A stretch of DNA of 64,000 nt. Origin: Lama guanicoe (Eukaryota). A program made the translations under genes and the position numbers. The stretch lies in contig MU054001.1 of NCBI GenBank assembly GCA_013239625.1, forward strand, positions 1,928,151-1,992,150, written 5' to 3'. The notes under the pieces are model-generated. The model made no database searches. It was given only the letters and a program-made list of their open reading frames with translations, and was not told the DNA's origin. Below, in pieces: positions 13,821 to 27,180 of the stretch. Position 1 is the first letter of the stretch, and every line of letters begins with the position of its first letter.

Positions 13821-14571
13821 TTTCAAAGTGAAATAAAGTTACATTAAATGAGATTTTTTAAAAAATTAATTAAGCCCTTCTTAATCTAGAAGGTATAGAG
13901 AAGAGAGTTCATTTTATCAGCCTTGCACCGTTCCTGTAGGTTTAAAGTTTTTTCAAACTGAGAAGATCAAGTGAAAAACAAAAAAGGAATATGCTCCGCT
14001 CTGGGGTAACAAGTTGGGTGCCTCCAGCTAGGGGATGTCAAGGAAGGGGAAATGACAGATAATTTGCTTGCTTCAGAAGAATAATTATATTGGCCTGAGA
14101 GCTGAGGGCAGAGTGGAAATCCTTTCTTTTTTTGCTGCCATCACGAAATGGGTTTCCAACCTTGGTAATGCAGTTTCTGGGCAGGCCATCAGAATCAGGC
14201 ACAAGCTTCCAAAGCTGAAAATGGCCAACTCCCCTGTGGGTTGGGTAAGTACAGGGGGAAAAAGAAAATGTCACCGTTAACCCTCTCCCTCTGTGCTTTG
14301 GGAACTGAGAGATAAAATGCCAAACATGTAAGAAAGGACTCAAATGAAGTCTCAGCTTTGATTTTGGAAAAATTTTCTTGGCCGACCCCTGGGAAGAGGG
14401 GCAGCCCCTTGGGGACTCCTAGCAAACAAGGTATTTCCTCTGTGTGGGCTTAGCAAGAGTCAACGTGCAACAAGGTAGTTTATAATGGAAGGATGCTTGA
14501 ATAAAAGGGAGAAGAGTCAACACATTCATGTTTAAGCCCTGACACTGCCTCAACACTTAACATAGGATCTT

Positions 14572-14863
14572 TTATTTTTAATTGTTTATTGAACCGTGGT
14601 TGATTTACAATGTTAGTTTCAGATGTACAGCAAAGCAATTCAGTTATACATGTACTTACATACATGTGTATTACATGTATTTTCAGATTCTTTTCCATTA
14701 TAGGTTATTACAAGAAACTGAATATAGTTCCCTGTACTATGCAGTAGGTCCTTGTTGTTTATCTGTTTTATATACAGTAGTGTGCATCTGTTAATCCCAA
14801 ACTCCTAATTTATCCCTTTCTCCCCCGCTTTCCCCTTTGGTAACCATAGTTTGTTTTCTATAT
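14572..14863 (-). mobile_element. 5'-truncated L1 3' end
   Basis: Reverse L1 3'UTR flanked by TSD CATAGGATCTT (14561-14571, 14864-14874). Confidence 0.9.
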
Positions 14864-14879
14864 CATAGGATCTTAATTT

Positions 14880-15600
14880 TTTAAGCCTGAGTAGACTCTT
14901 CTGTAAGATGGAATCTTAATCACTACCTTACTGGGCTGTAGTGAGGTTCAAAAGATGAAAATGGATACAAAGCATTTTTAAAACTCTAAGGCACTAGAGG
15001 CCAATGTTAGGTTAATGAGCATAAGACAAAATATCTTTTGATAATATTTATGAAATCTTCAGAGAGGCAACCATGATCTTTAGGATCAGACATATCATAA
15101 GTTTCTAGTCCTCACCCTTCATCTGCTGTGTGACCCAGGACAAGTTCCCTAAGCCTCTCTGAGCCTCAGTTTCCTCCTGGCAAATTGCTGTTAATGCTAC
15201 CTACTTAACAAGGCAGCGATGAGAGTTAGGTGGAGGAACCTATACACAGTGCTGGACACTTGGAGGGCCCATCAGTTCCCTTCCCGCACCCTGGGTAATG
15301 AACCATGGTCTCAATCAAGAGACACTTAACTTCACTTGCTGATTTGCTTCATTCTTCAAATTCTCTGTACTGTCTGCTCAATTGTTCTGTAAGTGTACAA
15401 CTCTTCTAAAAGAATAAAACCAAGTAGTTAAAAAACATTTATTGAGAGTGCAGAGTGATTGAAAAGGGGGTTCTCTGGAGCCAGACTGCTTGGGTTTGAA
15501 TCACTGCTGTGCCACTTACCAGATGGATAACCTGGGGAAATTTACATAACAACAGGTCTGTCCTTCAGTTTCCTCACCTATAGGAGCTATGTAAACTTTT
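14880..15600. mobile_element. Cluster of MIR fragments
   Basis: MIR core text: CTCTCTGAGCCTCAGTTTCCTC; CTCTGGAGCCAGACTGCTTGGGTTTGAATC. Confidence 0.7.
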
Positions 15601-15729
15601 GCTGTTAATATAAAATAATACTAATCATTATTTTTATTATTATTAGACATTGTACTCATCAGTGGGAATACAGTGGCATTGAACAAGGCAGTTTAAGAAA
15701 AGCATTCTGAAATCACCCACTGTTATCTT

Positions 15730-15914
15730 TTTTTTTTTTAATGATTTTTTCTTTCTTTTTTTTTTTTAATGATTTTTTCTTTCTTTTTTTTTTTTATGGG
15801 GAGGAGGTAATTGGGTTTTATTTATTTATTTTGGAGGAGGTACTGGGAATTGAACCCAGGACTTCATGCATGCTAAGCATGTGCTCTACTGCTTGAGCTA
15901 TATCTTACCCCTCT
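15730..15914 (-). mobile_element. Vic-1-type tRNA-Ala SINE with a locally duplicated tail
   Basis: Reverse tRNA-Ala head; 17-bp TSD TCACCCAC(TG/CA)TTATCTT (15713-15729, 15915-15931). Confidence 0.9.
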
Positions 15915-16351
15915 TCACCCACCATTATCTTGAATGCAGAGAAATGTAGGTCCAAAGAGGTTAGTTAAGTAACTCGGCCAAGGCCACGCAGCTATTGAGT
16001 GAGAGACTAGTGAGAGAATTCCAGACTGCAAGCCACTGTTTCTCCATTGCCCCACGCTGTGCAACCAGATTCCATCCTGGACCCTGAAGAGTCCTGGATG
16101 TACTGGAGTGGATTCCGGAAGTCATTGGGAACTGGCCCAATAATTCTGCACATTCCTGACTTCCACCTTCTTTCTACATCCCACTCCTCACTGTGTTGTC
16201 CTTGCCTGGCCCACATGTGGATCTTCCTGCAAATTTCAGATCTAGAGTTCAGAGAGGTGACAACATGGAAATGCCAACCCCCCACACATCACTTGCATTT
16301 CTTGTGACTCTTAAACAAGACAAAGGTCGGGTCTCCCAGAGACCTCCCGTA

Positions 16352-16520
16352 AGGGGCAGATCCAGGTTTGGGGGGCCTGAAATATCTAGAATATTGTGGG
16401 CCCTCCTTAGGAAAGGAATACATAATGACAAATTAAAATTCCAGTATCAGGCTTTGGAATGCATGCAAATGAAGGGTCCTGAAGTTTAAGGCTAATTAGC
16501 TTCCTGGTAAACCCGGTTCT
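16352..16520. mobile_element. MER53-like hAT MITE
   Basis: GGGGCAGATCCAGGTTTGGGGGGCCTGAA...TTAGCTTCCTGGTAAACCCGGTTCTG matches MER53 as recalled. Confidence 0.75.
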
Positions 16521-17339
16521 GCTCCTACAGTTACTAATTTCCTTCCTCCCTCCACTCCTTCCTTCCTTCTTCCCTTCATCTTTCCTTCTATCCATCTCAC
16601 TTGCACCTGCCCTGCTATCTAGAGCCTACTGTGTACCAGGCAATAACTTTGTAAGTTTATATTCTGATTAAAAAATGGACTTTGCTCCAATCTGCAGATT
16701 CTTACCCAAATTATGATACGTGCACAGCTCTTCTTGAGATGGAAGAATAAAATGATGTTCAGTTAACTGGTGGGTGGTGTATAAACATACAATGTGGGGC
16801 TGGGCATTAGACTCAATAGACCACAATGTAGCCAGAAGCTATGGCTTTCTGTTTACACTTGTGAACACACCCAGAGGCAGGCTCTTCTATGTCTGGGACA
16901 TTTAACAAATAAAATGATCCCCTCAGATGGGAGGTGGAGAGTAATAGAACAATCTAGAGAAAAGAATGTCATATAGTTACACACAATTATAGATAACTAA
17001 TAGAATATTTTTACACGTATCATCTGATCGAATGCTCATGCCATGAGGTATGCAGTGTGGTTTTATTAACCCCTCCTCCCCCTAATGACACATTAGAGAC
17101 CGAGGCCTACAGTGACTTAAGTTTGAGTCCCAACCCTTCCCTGTGAATTCCCCTTCCCCCCAACACCCCCATTATCCTCACATCCGGCGGACACAAACAC
17201 TGCACAGGCCGCAACTGTACAAAGAACCCATAGACAAAATAAGTCGAGGCCATTTTGTGGATCATTTTGGGACAAGAACTTGTTCCTTGTGGCTAGGGGC
17301 GGGGGGTGTGGGGAGAGTTTTCTTGGCTGGGATTATCCA

Positions 17340-18540
17340 GATGAGTCATTAGGGTTTATCCCAAGATTTGCTGAGTTTCTCACCTTTCCTCTTCCCATGG
17401 GCAGCGGTACCACTCAACCTTGGAGCCGGGATGGCTTCTGTCCTTTGCTGCCCTGCTTGTCCCCAGCAGCCTGCTCAGTCAGGGCCTGGCACAGAGCCAC
17501 CAGCCCTGAGCAGGAGGAGAGGAAGCGAGTGTCTCCCAGTGGCTGTCAGCTTTCCCAGCTGACTCAACTCGACACCCTCCCTCCCCCCCGCCAGGCACAC
17601 AGCCTCCAACCTCCAGTCTCCAAACTTTCCATTTTTCAGGCCTGGCCGGTGGTTCTCATTCTCAGAGGGAGGAACACCCCCTCCTACTGCCCGGGGCTGC
17701 CAGCAGCGGCTCCCAGGCACCCTGCCTCCGCTCTCTCTGGACAATTAGAATCTGCCAGAATGGAGAGTTCAGAATATAGGTCAAGGTGCTCTGGGAAGGG
17801 CCCAGGGGAGGATCACCTGACCGGGAGGTGGGTGACTCAGCGGGAAGGGAAAGGGTGGGGGCTGGAATCTCCGGGCCCCCAGGGCCTGGAGGAGGAGGTC
17901 AAGTTGTCTCATCTGGCTGATGGTCAGGGGAGGAGGAAGAAGCTGCTGGAGACAGAAGGAAGGATAAAATGACCTCTCGTGACCCAACCAGGGTGGCATC
18001 CAATCCTCCCCAGAGCCGGCTGTCACCCTCGGTGTCGCTGAGGCCACGCCCAGCCAGACTGCCACTGTGGCTGCAAAGACCTAATTAGCTGCCTCCCCTG
18101 TCAAAGTGGGAGATCAAAAGGACACAGCGCTCAACACTCCAGACTCCATCGACCTGGGCCCCCTAAAAGAAACCAAAGCCACGGGTCTGTCATACAAAGG
18201 CAGCCATCCCTCTGTAGAGGCAATCTGGTTTTTCCCCCAATTAATTCTGAATTTGAAAATTACTAACCCATTTTATTTTACATCTCCAGGCGGCAGGGGC
18301 CTCTTTTCAAGGGTGCGGCAGTGGCTGCAGTTGCTGGAACAGTGGCTGCTCTGTCTGAGCCTCACTTCCTCTGGCTCCAGCTGCAGGTTCCTCCAGGCCA
18401 AGCAGGGAGTTTCCTCATTCTCGGGGGAGGAGGGGGTGCTTTCGGCTTTGCGAGCCCTGCAACGCTCACCGCCCACCCCCCAGCTGCTCGCCACCCTCTG
18501 TGGGTAGCGAGTTTGGGACTCCCTGGTTCCATGAGTCAGA
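17340..18540. promoter_or_regulatory. Candidate AP-1/ARE enhancer
   Basis: Four TGA(C/G)TCA sites at 17342, 17560, 17833 (TGACTCAGC, ARE-type) and 18532, in repeat-poor GC-rich sequence. Confidence 0.45.
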
Positions 18541-19749
18541 GCCAGGCTGGAGACAGACAGCAGGCTTCCTTTATTAAATCAGCCTCCTGCCCTGTACACC
18601 GCAGAGGGAAGCTATAATTACTCGTTTGGCCTGGCTCTGAGAACTGAGCCACAGATGCTTGATGAGGAGGGATGGTTCCTGACTCCCGCATTTATCAAGT
18701 GCACCCCAGTTTGGAAATAAGAACAAACAGCCAGAGGTTGAGGCCTGTTACACAGATGTCAGATGTTCTGCATATATAATGGGGTGCACTGGACCTGGAC
18801 TCTGATGTAGATTGCAAGAAAAACTGCTATCTCAAAGCTGCCAGGAGTTTTTCTGTCTTGTTTTGTTTTTCTAATGCCTCCTGCCTCCCTGCCAGTCTCA
18901 TTTGAGGCAGGCTGCTCACTGCTGAGGTTGTTGGTTTTTAAGAGATAAAGGAAAAGGTAACAGAACATTGTTTTGGATCCTCAGGTCTGTTTTAGCCATT
19001 AGGCAAAGAGACCCCGAATCTCAGGCCTCCCAGGCCTAAAGAAATGTGTGAAAACTGAACCCCGAGAAAAGAGTTGGCTCTAAAAGAAAAAAAATAAAAC
19101 CACTAAATCAACATAGTGTAGTCAATCTTCATGAACTGTTCAGTTTAGTCGTCAATGGCATAATCATTCATTCATTCATTCCTGGAAGCATACATTTCTG
19201 CCGTTCATTCACCAAATGCCTGCTGAGCTGCTCCCTTGACCAAGCGCATTTTCCGGCCCTGGTGCCCCATAAGCGCTAAACCAATTAAAGCTACAGACAG
19301 AACTAAGCAGACAAATATTCCTGCCCTTGTGGGTCAATAACAGACCCACAATAACAGCAATAATAAGTAAATTGTACAGTCTGTTTGAGAAAACAAGGGT
19401 GATTGATAAGAGGCAAAAATAGAGCAGGGTTAGGGGAATTATTGGTGAAGGAGATATTCATAAACATCTCATGACATTTAAGACGTTTGTAGGTTAGAGC
19501 TCTCCCACAGTGAGAGTTCTCGTGTCTGCATAATGGTTGCTGAGAAATTATAACCAAACATAAATTAAATGAGTTGCATTTGACTAGAGCAAAATTTTTT
19601 AAAATCCTCTCAGCTTTGTTTATAAGCAAAATGTGGGTGCATGTTAAATATATTTGGTGGGAGATAAAATATGAAAGTGCCATGGCATCTGTCCCTGCCT
19701 CTGATTATCAGCAGGTAAAGGCACACATTCGAATATCACTGGACTATGA

Positions 19750-19990
19750 TATAGTGGTTGAGGGCTTGGGTCAGATGCCGGGGTTCAGGTTCAGTAAACG
19801 ACTCCATCATTTACTACTTGTGTGATTCTGGGAAAGATGCTTAATTTCATTTCCCCCTCTCTTATATGGGGGTAATAAAGAACCTCCCTGATAGGGTTCC
19901 TGGAATGACTAAACAAGATAACAGAAGTAAAGGTGGTAGTTAACACAGCACCGGGCACCAAGTAAGTGCTTAATACACATTATCTATTAT
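19750..19990 (+). mobile_element. MIR
   Basis: TAGTGGTTGAGGGCTTGGG...TTTACTACTTGTGTGA...AGTAAGTGCTTAATA. Confidence 0.65.
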
Positions 19991-20199
19991 TACTGTTGTT
20001 GTGATGATGATGACAGTGATAATAATGATGAGGTACCAGGCACCGTGCTGGATAATGGGGACCCAGAGTGGAACGAGACAATGACACGGTCCCAACTGGA
20101 AGAACCTTCCAAGCATGCTGTGCTTTGTTAAATCTCAGGGGCCCCTGGCAGGGTGATCTCTGCTGCATCATTGGCCATTGTAAACCATACTTGAATGGC

Positions 20200-20855
20200 C
20201 AATAAAAATGAACGGAACGCAGTGAGATACCATTTGATAACCTTTCAGTTGGAAAAAAATTAAGAAGTCTGATAACGCCAAGTGTTGGAGAGGATGTGGG
20301 GTAACAGGATCTTAACATGTTTGTTGTTGGTGAGACTGTAAATGGGTACATTCACCTTGCTTTCCAGGAGACATATGCAAGGATGCTCAGCTCAGTATCT
20401 TCACAGTAATGAAAAGCTAGTAACAGCCCAAATGTTCATTGACAGGAGAATAAATAAATACATGGACATAATAGTTTCAGCAACATAATACATTGAGGAA
20501 AAAGTCTATTTCAGAAGGCTAGATACAGCAGAATATTCTCTTAACAAAGTGAAAACAACAAAAACTTAAACAGTGCAACTTTAGAAAAATATATTAAATA
20601 AATTTAATTTCTAGAAAAGCAAATGAATGGCAAACTCAAGATTCAGGAAGGGTGAGGGAGGCATACTGATGGGAAGGACAGAAACACGCAGGAAGAATTG
20701 GGTGGTGAGTTCACAGGGGTTTATTATAAATAAATAAGTAAAAATAGATAAATAATAAATAACCAGACATGTGTTATGTAAGGTACAAAAGAACATGAAT
20801 GAATGCTGTGAATCCAAGATTATGAATAATCCTGGGTGCTTGGATTCAATAAAAA
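20200..20855 (+). mobile_element. Ancient L1 (L1ME-like) 3' fragment
   Basis: GTCTGATAACGCCAAGTGTTGGAGAGGATGTGG...CAGCCCAAATGTTCAT. Confidence 0.65.
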
Positions 20856-21914
20856 GAAAATGAAACTCTACTCAGGAAGGGTATGAAGCACACCTAGGAA
20901 GGGTGTAGCCTTGTCAAGAGAGAGTAGGTCAAGGACCCTGATGAGAGGCAGGGGTGTGTGAATTCCCTTGAAGCTTAGGCAGCCTTGACTTTGGAGGTGG
21001 GGGACCCTTCACTAGTCATGTGCTGCTGTGCAGGTTCAGGATTGCCACCTGCGGTCAGAGGGTAGGGGTGAGTGGTCACTGTGACGGGGTCAGGGAAATG
21101 CCCCTGGCAGAGCCCTATTCAGGTGCTGGGTCTCTCTGCGTAGTGACTGACCCTCAGGACCTTCTCCCTGGGGTCTTTGCCAGGCCTGTCCTGGACAGAC
21201 CTCCAGCTCCTGTGTGCTGTGTTCTCAGACAGGATCAGCCCTGCCCCGTCCAGCCCTGACTCGGAAGATGCCGGTATGTGTTGAGAATCCATTCCAGCTG
21301 GGAGATCCCGCACCTCCCCAAGAAGATGCAGTCTGGTCACTGAGCCCACAGTCCTAGCCCTTCTCTTTACTGTGCGGTGGGGAGCCCAGGGGAAAGTGCT
21401 CTCAGACAGCTGAGCCGCCTGCTGTCATGGTCAGGTCCCATGGGCCCCAGGCTGGAGCAAGTGCTTTTTCATTGATAAAATCTGCTCAAGGCCCTGGAGG
21501 CTGGCACCAGGCAGACGATGCCTGTCAGGCCAGTTGATTGACTCCATGGACAGAACTAACGGGGACTGTCAGAGGCACATGGAAGGCAGTCCCGTCCTGC
21601 CTCTCTTCTGTGCTACTGCCGGTGGAGTCAGGGCTTCCAGGCTCTGTGAGCTGCTTAAAAACCCCTCACCTATCCCCATGCCCCAGAACAATCATTGGTG
21701 CCTCAAGAAGCTGGAATCAGAAAGATCCCAGATCAGGCTGTAGCTGGGCAGTTTCTAGCTTCCCATTAGCTTAATTCCCTAAGCCCATACAACGGGGACA
21801 ATCATACGGCTTTTGCCTGACTAACAGGCATCAGTGAGGACCGCATGACACCATTGGGAACAAAATGCTTATCAGACAGAAAGGTGCACTACATCTGTGC
21901 TAAAATACACGCCC

Positions 21915-22270
21915 GTTGAGGGTGGGAAACATGTCTGGCTCTTTTTCTGCTGTACTCCCAGGATCAAGGACAGTGCCTGGCCCAGGGTAGGTGCTCAATA
22001 AAAATACTTCTTGAATGAATGACTTGGAGTATTACAGACTAGAGTAAAAATGATGGTGATGATAATGATAATTATTATGATATGATAATTAATTGCATCT
22101 TCACTGTGTACCAGGGAAAATGCAAAAAGCTTTACATAGATAATTGCACTGAAGCTTCATGACAACCCAGTGAACGAGGTGCTGGTATCATTCCCATTCT
22201 GCAGGTGAGTTAATGGGATTCAGGGAAGTTAGTGGTTTTCCCAAGGCCACACCCTGGCAGAATAGGTTGT
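21915..22270. mobile_element. L2 3' end followed by MIR
   Basis: ACAGTGCCTGGCCCAGGGTAGGTGCTCAATAAA...TGAATGAATGA, then a MIR core. Confidence 0.65.
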
Positions 22271-25200
22271 TACCCAAGTGACATGATTTAAGGGGTTCGG
22301 AGAAGCTCACTACCCGGAAGTGGAGCCCAGGCCGCCTTAGTGCCTGAGAGTCCACCATGATGATCACTGGATTTTGACACCATTTTCACTCTTCAAGATT
22401 TCAAATAAAAGTGCAGATGCCTCTGGAAAACAGTTAAGGCAAAATTTCTAATCAAAGAATAATCTGATTTATCTATTTGCTTCCTAAGCATAGATCTTGC
22501 AGAGATGGGGTTCAGGGGCAGTGCCCGAGTGAGGGGTTACACAAGGTGGACAGGAGGGCTGCTAGGAAGGGGCTGAGAAAGGGTCCAACATGCATGTTGA
22601 CTGTTCTGTTGAGGACTGGCCTAGGACCTGAGGAGAGCAAAAGGGTGTTTGGGTCACCTTTAAGGGCACCTTTATGGGGCACTTTGACAGAGCAGCTGGA
22701 GGATGCTAGAAGGTTGTCCCAGAGAGGGGTAGCAGTCTTGGGGAGTTATCGTAGGGGACTTGCTTTTATATTTGAATTTTTTATAATGAGAATATATTCA
22801 CATACTACTTGTGTGGTTAAAAATATATTTAAGTAAAGGAAAAACTAAGTGAGGCGGGGGTGGGGGAAGGTTGAGGAAAGGTCACGGGTTGGTCTCTCCA
22901 GAGGAACGTAGCCTCCAAGCCTGCACAGCCCGCGCCAGGCTGCAGCTCTCCAGGGCTTGGCTGATTTACTGGAGATGAACGGCAGCCCCCAGCATTCCCA
23001 GGGCACAATGGCCAACGAGCCTGATCCACAGCTGGGGTGGGGGAAGTCTTTTGCCTTTGCAGTTGGCAGCATCTCTGTGCCTCTGAGCCTTCCTCATGAG
23101 AGACTCATTATGCAGTTTGGTCACATGCCCTGTGCATTTTAATGAATGAGTCAGGGGACAGACTCAATTTGAAAGAGGAATCGCAGCTCTCTGGGCTGGG
23201 TGAAGGGCTCTCAAGGGATGCTCTCACAGCTTGGATTACAAGAAGAGGAAAGAAGGAAGCTATTTCCATTTAGAAAAAGGAAAGGGAGGTCTGAAGCAGG
23301 AGGATCAAAAGGAAGGGAGGAAAGAAGGAAGGAGAGAGGGAGGGAAGGAAAAAGAGAAAGAGACAGAAAGAACAGTCTGGAGTTCAGAAAACAGTCCTGG
23401 AACAGATGCTGCCCACCAGGCCCTCCTTTGCTTCTTTACCCTCCACTTAGTTACTCAGAACGTTTAGTGCTTTTTAAGTGCCGGCTACCGCACTAAGCAT
23501 GGGAGTCACAAGACAAATGAGACAGAGTCCTTGTCCAAAAGGCGTCTGCATGAGACCAAACCAGTTTGGTTAAGTCAGAGTAACTACACAGGAGTCTAAT
23601 TTGAGAGGTGGGGTGGGCAAAAGAAGGTGAGGTTCACTCCCTCCCTGGGGGTGCACCACGGAGGGTGGAAGATCCCCTGCTGCTGGGGAGGGCTACCACC
23701 TCTCCGGCGCTTCCCTCTTGCCAGACGTGGGATGTGTGTTCCATGGTTAGCATCTCCTTGAAGCCTGGCAAGGATCCCACAAGGCAGATCCTGTTACTGT
23801 CACGTTTTTTTTTTTTTTTACCGAATAGGAAACTGCAGCAGAGAGAGCCGCCTGTCCAAGGTCACCCAGGGATTTGAACTCAGGTCTGTCTGACTCCAGA
23901 GCTCTTGGCAGCTCGGGTCTACGCTGTCAGCCAACCACTGGATGGGGAACGCTGGGGAAGGCCTTTCCCTTCCCAGGCTTCCTTCCAAGAACACTCTGAA
24001 CCCCCAGGAGGAAGAGGTTGGTGTGAGTCCAGATGCAGTCAGCGCCAGGCAGCCTGGGAGCGGATCTGAAACCTCGCTGAGCGAGGCTGTGTGTGAGACC
24101 GAGAGCCCAAGGGCGGCGGGGAGAGGAAGGAAGCTCAGCCTCACCGCGGTCAGTTGGGGCGGCGTGCCCGTTCCCAGCCTCCACACCACAAAACACAGGG
24201 CAGCAGATGCTCGGCAAATGGGTGTGTGGGAGTGAGCCTTACCCTTAGATGGCGGGCGGGCAGGCAGTGTCACCGAATTACTCAACAAAGCCCCCTCGGC
24301 TTTGAACTTCGAGCCAGGCTCTGCTGGAATGGGGCATAGGGGGAGGAGGGGAGGTCTCGCCCCTGTGAAGAGGATGCCTGCCATCCCCCTGGCCGCCCCC
24401 TCCGACCCCAAAGTGGGAGAACACGGCCTGGGAAGAAGCCAAGAAGTAAAAAGCCACGGCACACCCACATTCTCATGAATTTTTACAGCTGGAGAGAAAG
24501 AACGATACACAAACACAGCAGGACTCAGGGGCCCTGGGCTTCGTGCTGGAGAGAAAAGCAAGGCCACCTGCCATGAACCTGGACTGTGCTCAGAGACAGC
24601 CAGCTTTTGCTGAGTGATTACTACACGCCAGGGCTCTCACACACATTATCCCACCGAATCCTGACGGCCTCCCTGGGAGGGAAGTACTGTGATTATCCAT
24701 CGTACCCAAGAAGAGACTGAAGCCCAGAGAGATGAATAGCTTGCCAAGGTCACATGCTTTCCCCACTTCTGGTTTCCATGAGAAGGGATTTTCCCTAAAC
24801 ACACTCTTGGTCTCCACTCTCACTGCCCGAGCCAATGGAATGACATCTGATCGGAAAGCTCGCGAAGGTCTGTCCCTGCGATCTGCTCTGCTCCCTCCTG
24901 CTTCCAGGCTGTTCGGAAGCCAGTTTTGTTCTCACACTAAGCTCTGTCCTCTGTGCTCGATTTTGTGATAATTAAGGTGGTACCTTGGCTCTCTGCCACT
25001 CCTTTGTGTTTTTATTCAGTGTGTTCAGAACCTGGATGTGGAAGAGGGGTGCTGTTTTTTGGAAGGCTCTCTGGAGATCCCAGCAACACTGTGGAGGATC
25101 CTGAGAGCCCTGGCCAAACCACCCCTACTTGACCACGGGTTTCTGCTCTGTCTCCACATCTTGGCAAAAGACACTCTTGGCTCTGGAACCAATGTCCTTT

Positions 25201-25799
25201 GGGAGACAACAGGCCGATAACTAATACAGCCTTAACCCTTCCCCTCACCTTTTTTTTTTGGACTGGCATTTTTTTCCTGGGATGAGGAAAACTAAGTCCT
25301 GTACTCAGTTTCTTGCTGTAAAGGGAACTGGTCATGAGAGGGTGTCCCTGGGGTGGCAGTGACTTGGCCCGTGTACCAGCTTTTTCCCTTGCTACCTGCC
25401 AGGGCATCAGTGATGGGTACCTGACCCACCCAGACTACTGCCAGCCTAGACTGTTTACTCTGGAACAAACCCGGGCAGCTGATCCAGACCCTCTGTCAGG
25501 CCCTGATTGACCCATACGCTGTGTATCCCAGTTTCCAGTTTCAGCAGATCTGCTGGTGAATTCAGAATCAGTTTTACTATGTGGGACTTACGGCCAAGCC
25601 CATATTACCCTGCTGTGAGACTGTGGGTAAAATCTTTACCTGCTCTGTGCTCTGAAATCCTCATCTGTAAAAGGGGAGAGGACCTGTACTCCTGTCTGTC
25701 TCCCAGGGCTGTTATGAGAGCAAATACATAGAGCATATTTGAAAAAGAATAAAAGACACTCCATGAGACAGAGGAAATTATCATTTTTTGAGCTTTGAT

Positions 25800-27180
25800 A
25801 ATGTGCCCAAAGACTTACTAAGCATTATAGCGAGCATCTTCAGTTTTGTCACCAAGCGCTGAGCCACTTTCATTTTGGTAATCAAGCCCAACTCCCTCTC
25901 CAATTCCCCGCTAAGGCTCACCCCTAACCTCCACCCTTTCAGTCCTGTAGATCCATGGACCCCACCTAAGCGAATGAGTGTGTCTTAGTCCCCTGGACCT
26001 TAGCGACTGCTTCACAGATGGCATGTGACCCAGTCAGGGTCAATGAGATTTTTCCTAGAACTTTTGGAAAAGAGATTCTCTCTGGAGACCCTGAAAGGAT
26101 ATAGGGACTAAAACGGATGCTGTCATCTGGTGTGCCACTTGAACCCCAAACTCAAGTTGAAACAAAACGTGGAGCCAAGAAGTAGACAGAAAACAAATCT
26201 GGCTTTTGAGATTGGAACCCGGAACCCAGCCAGGGATATTGATTATAATAAATAAATATCCAGCTCCTCCATAGTTCCTGGCCCAGAGATCTGAGAATCC
26301 TTGGAATTTCCTAAGTGATCAGAGCAATAAAGCTGTCTTTTGTTATGTTAATGACGTGACTTTTGGAAAGTACCCAAGGATGAGGGCTGGTTATCCAAAG
26401 AATCAAACAAGTGATTAGAAGGTTGGAACTTTGAGTTGCAACCTCGCTGACCTCCCAGGAGGGAAGAGGGACTGGAGATGGAGTTCAGTCCCCAGTGGAC
26501 AATGATTTAATCTACCATGCCTATGTTAGGAAGCCTCCATAAAAACACAAAAGGCCTATATTCGGACAGCTTCCAGGTTGGTGAGCATGTGATGTGGGGA
26601 GAGTGCTGGGCTGGGAGAGGGCATGGAAGCTCCAGATCCTTTCCTCACACCTTGCGCGGTACATCTCTTCCATTTGGCTTTTCCTAAATTAAATGCTTTT
26701 ATAAGAAACTGGTAATCTAGTAAGTGAACTGTTTCTCTGAATTCTGTGAGCTGCTTTAGCAAGTTAATCAAACCTGAGGAATGTGGTTGAGGGAGTCTGA
26801 TTTATGGCTGGCCGGTCAGAAGCACAGGTGGATAACCCAGACTTGTGTTGGTGTATGGAGTGGGGCAGATGTGAGGTGAAGGGCAGTCTTGTAAGACTAA
26901 GCCCTTAATTTGTGGGGTCTGGCACTATCTCCAGGCAGATGGTGTCAGAACTGAGTTGAATTGTACAACACCCAGTGGGAATCTTGGAAAATTAATCCCT
27001 TGGTCCTGAGGGGACATCCCTCCTCCAACCACCAATCATACATTGGAAATTAGGTGCAGAAACCTCTCACCACTCCTGGACTTCTCAGCTTAATGTCAGC
27101 CCCCAAATTCCTCTTGTGCCCAAAGGCATCTCGGGGTAGATTTTCTATCCCTTGTTACCAAGAGACTCCTAATGGATATG
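25800..27180 (+). mobile_element. MLT1 (K/L-like) MaLR LTR interrupted by a MER21-family LTR (about 26233-27062)
   Basis: MLT1 text (GGCATGTGACCCAGTCAGGGTCAATGAG; end CCTTGTTACCAAGAGACTCCTAAT) flanks MER21-like text (CTTGGAATTTCCTAAGTGAT...GGTGTCAGAACTGAGTTGAATTG). Confidence 0.7.

Noticed and set aside
17280..17972. 230-aa ORF
   Set aside because: Non-ATG start, no recognisable domain, and composition typical of chance ORFs in GC-rich enhancer DNA.
23818..24567. 249-aa minus-strand ORF
   Set aside because: No recognisable homology, partly overlaps a MIR, and no coherent exon structure.
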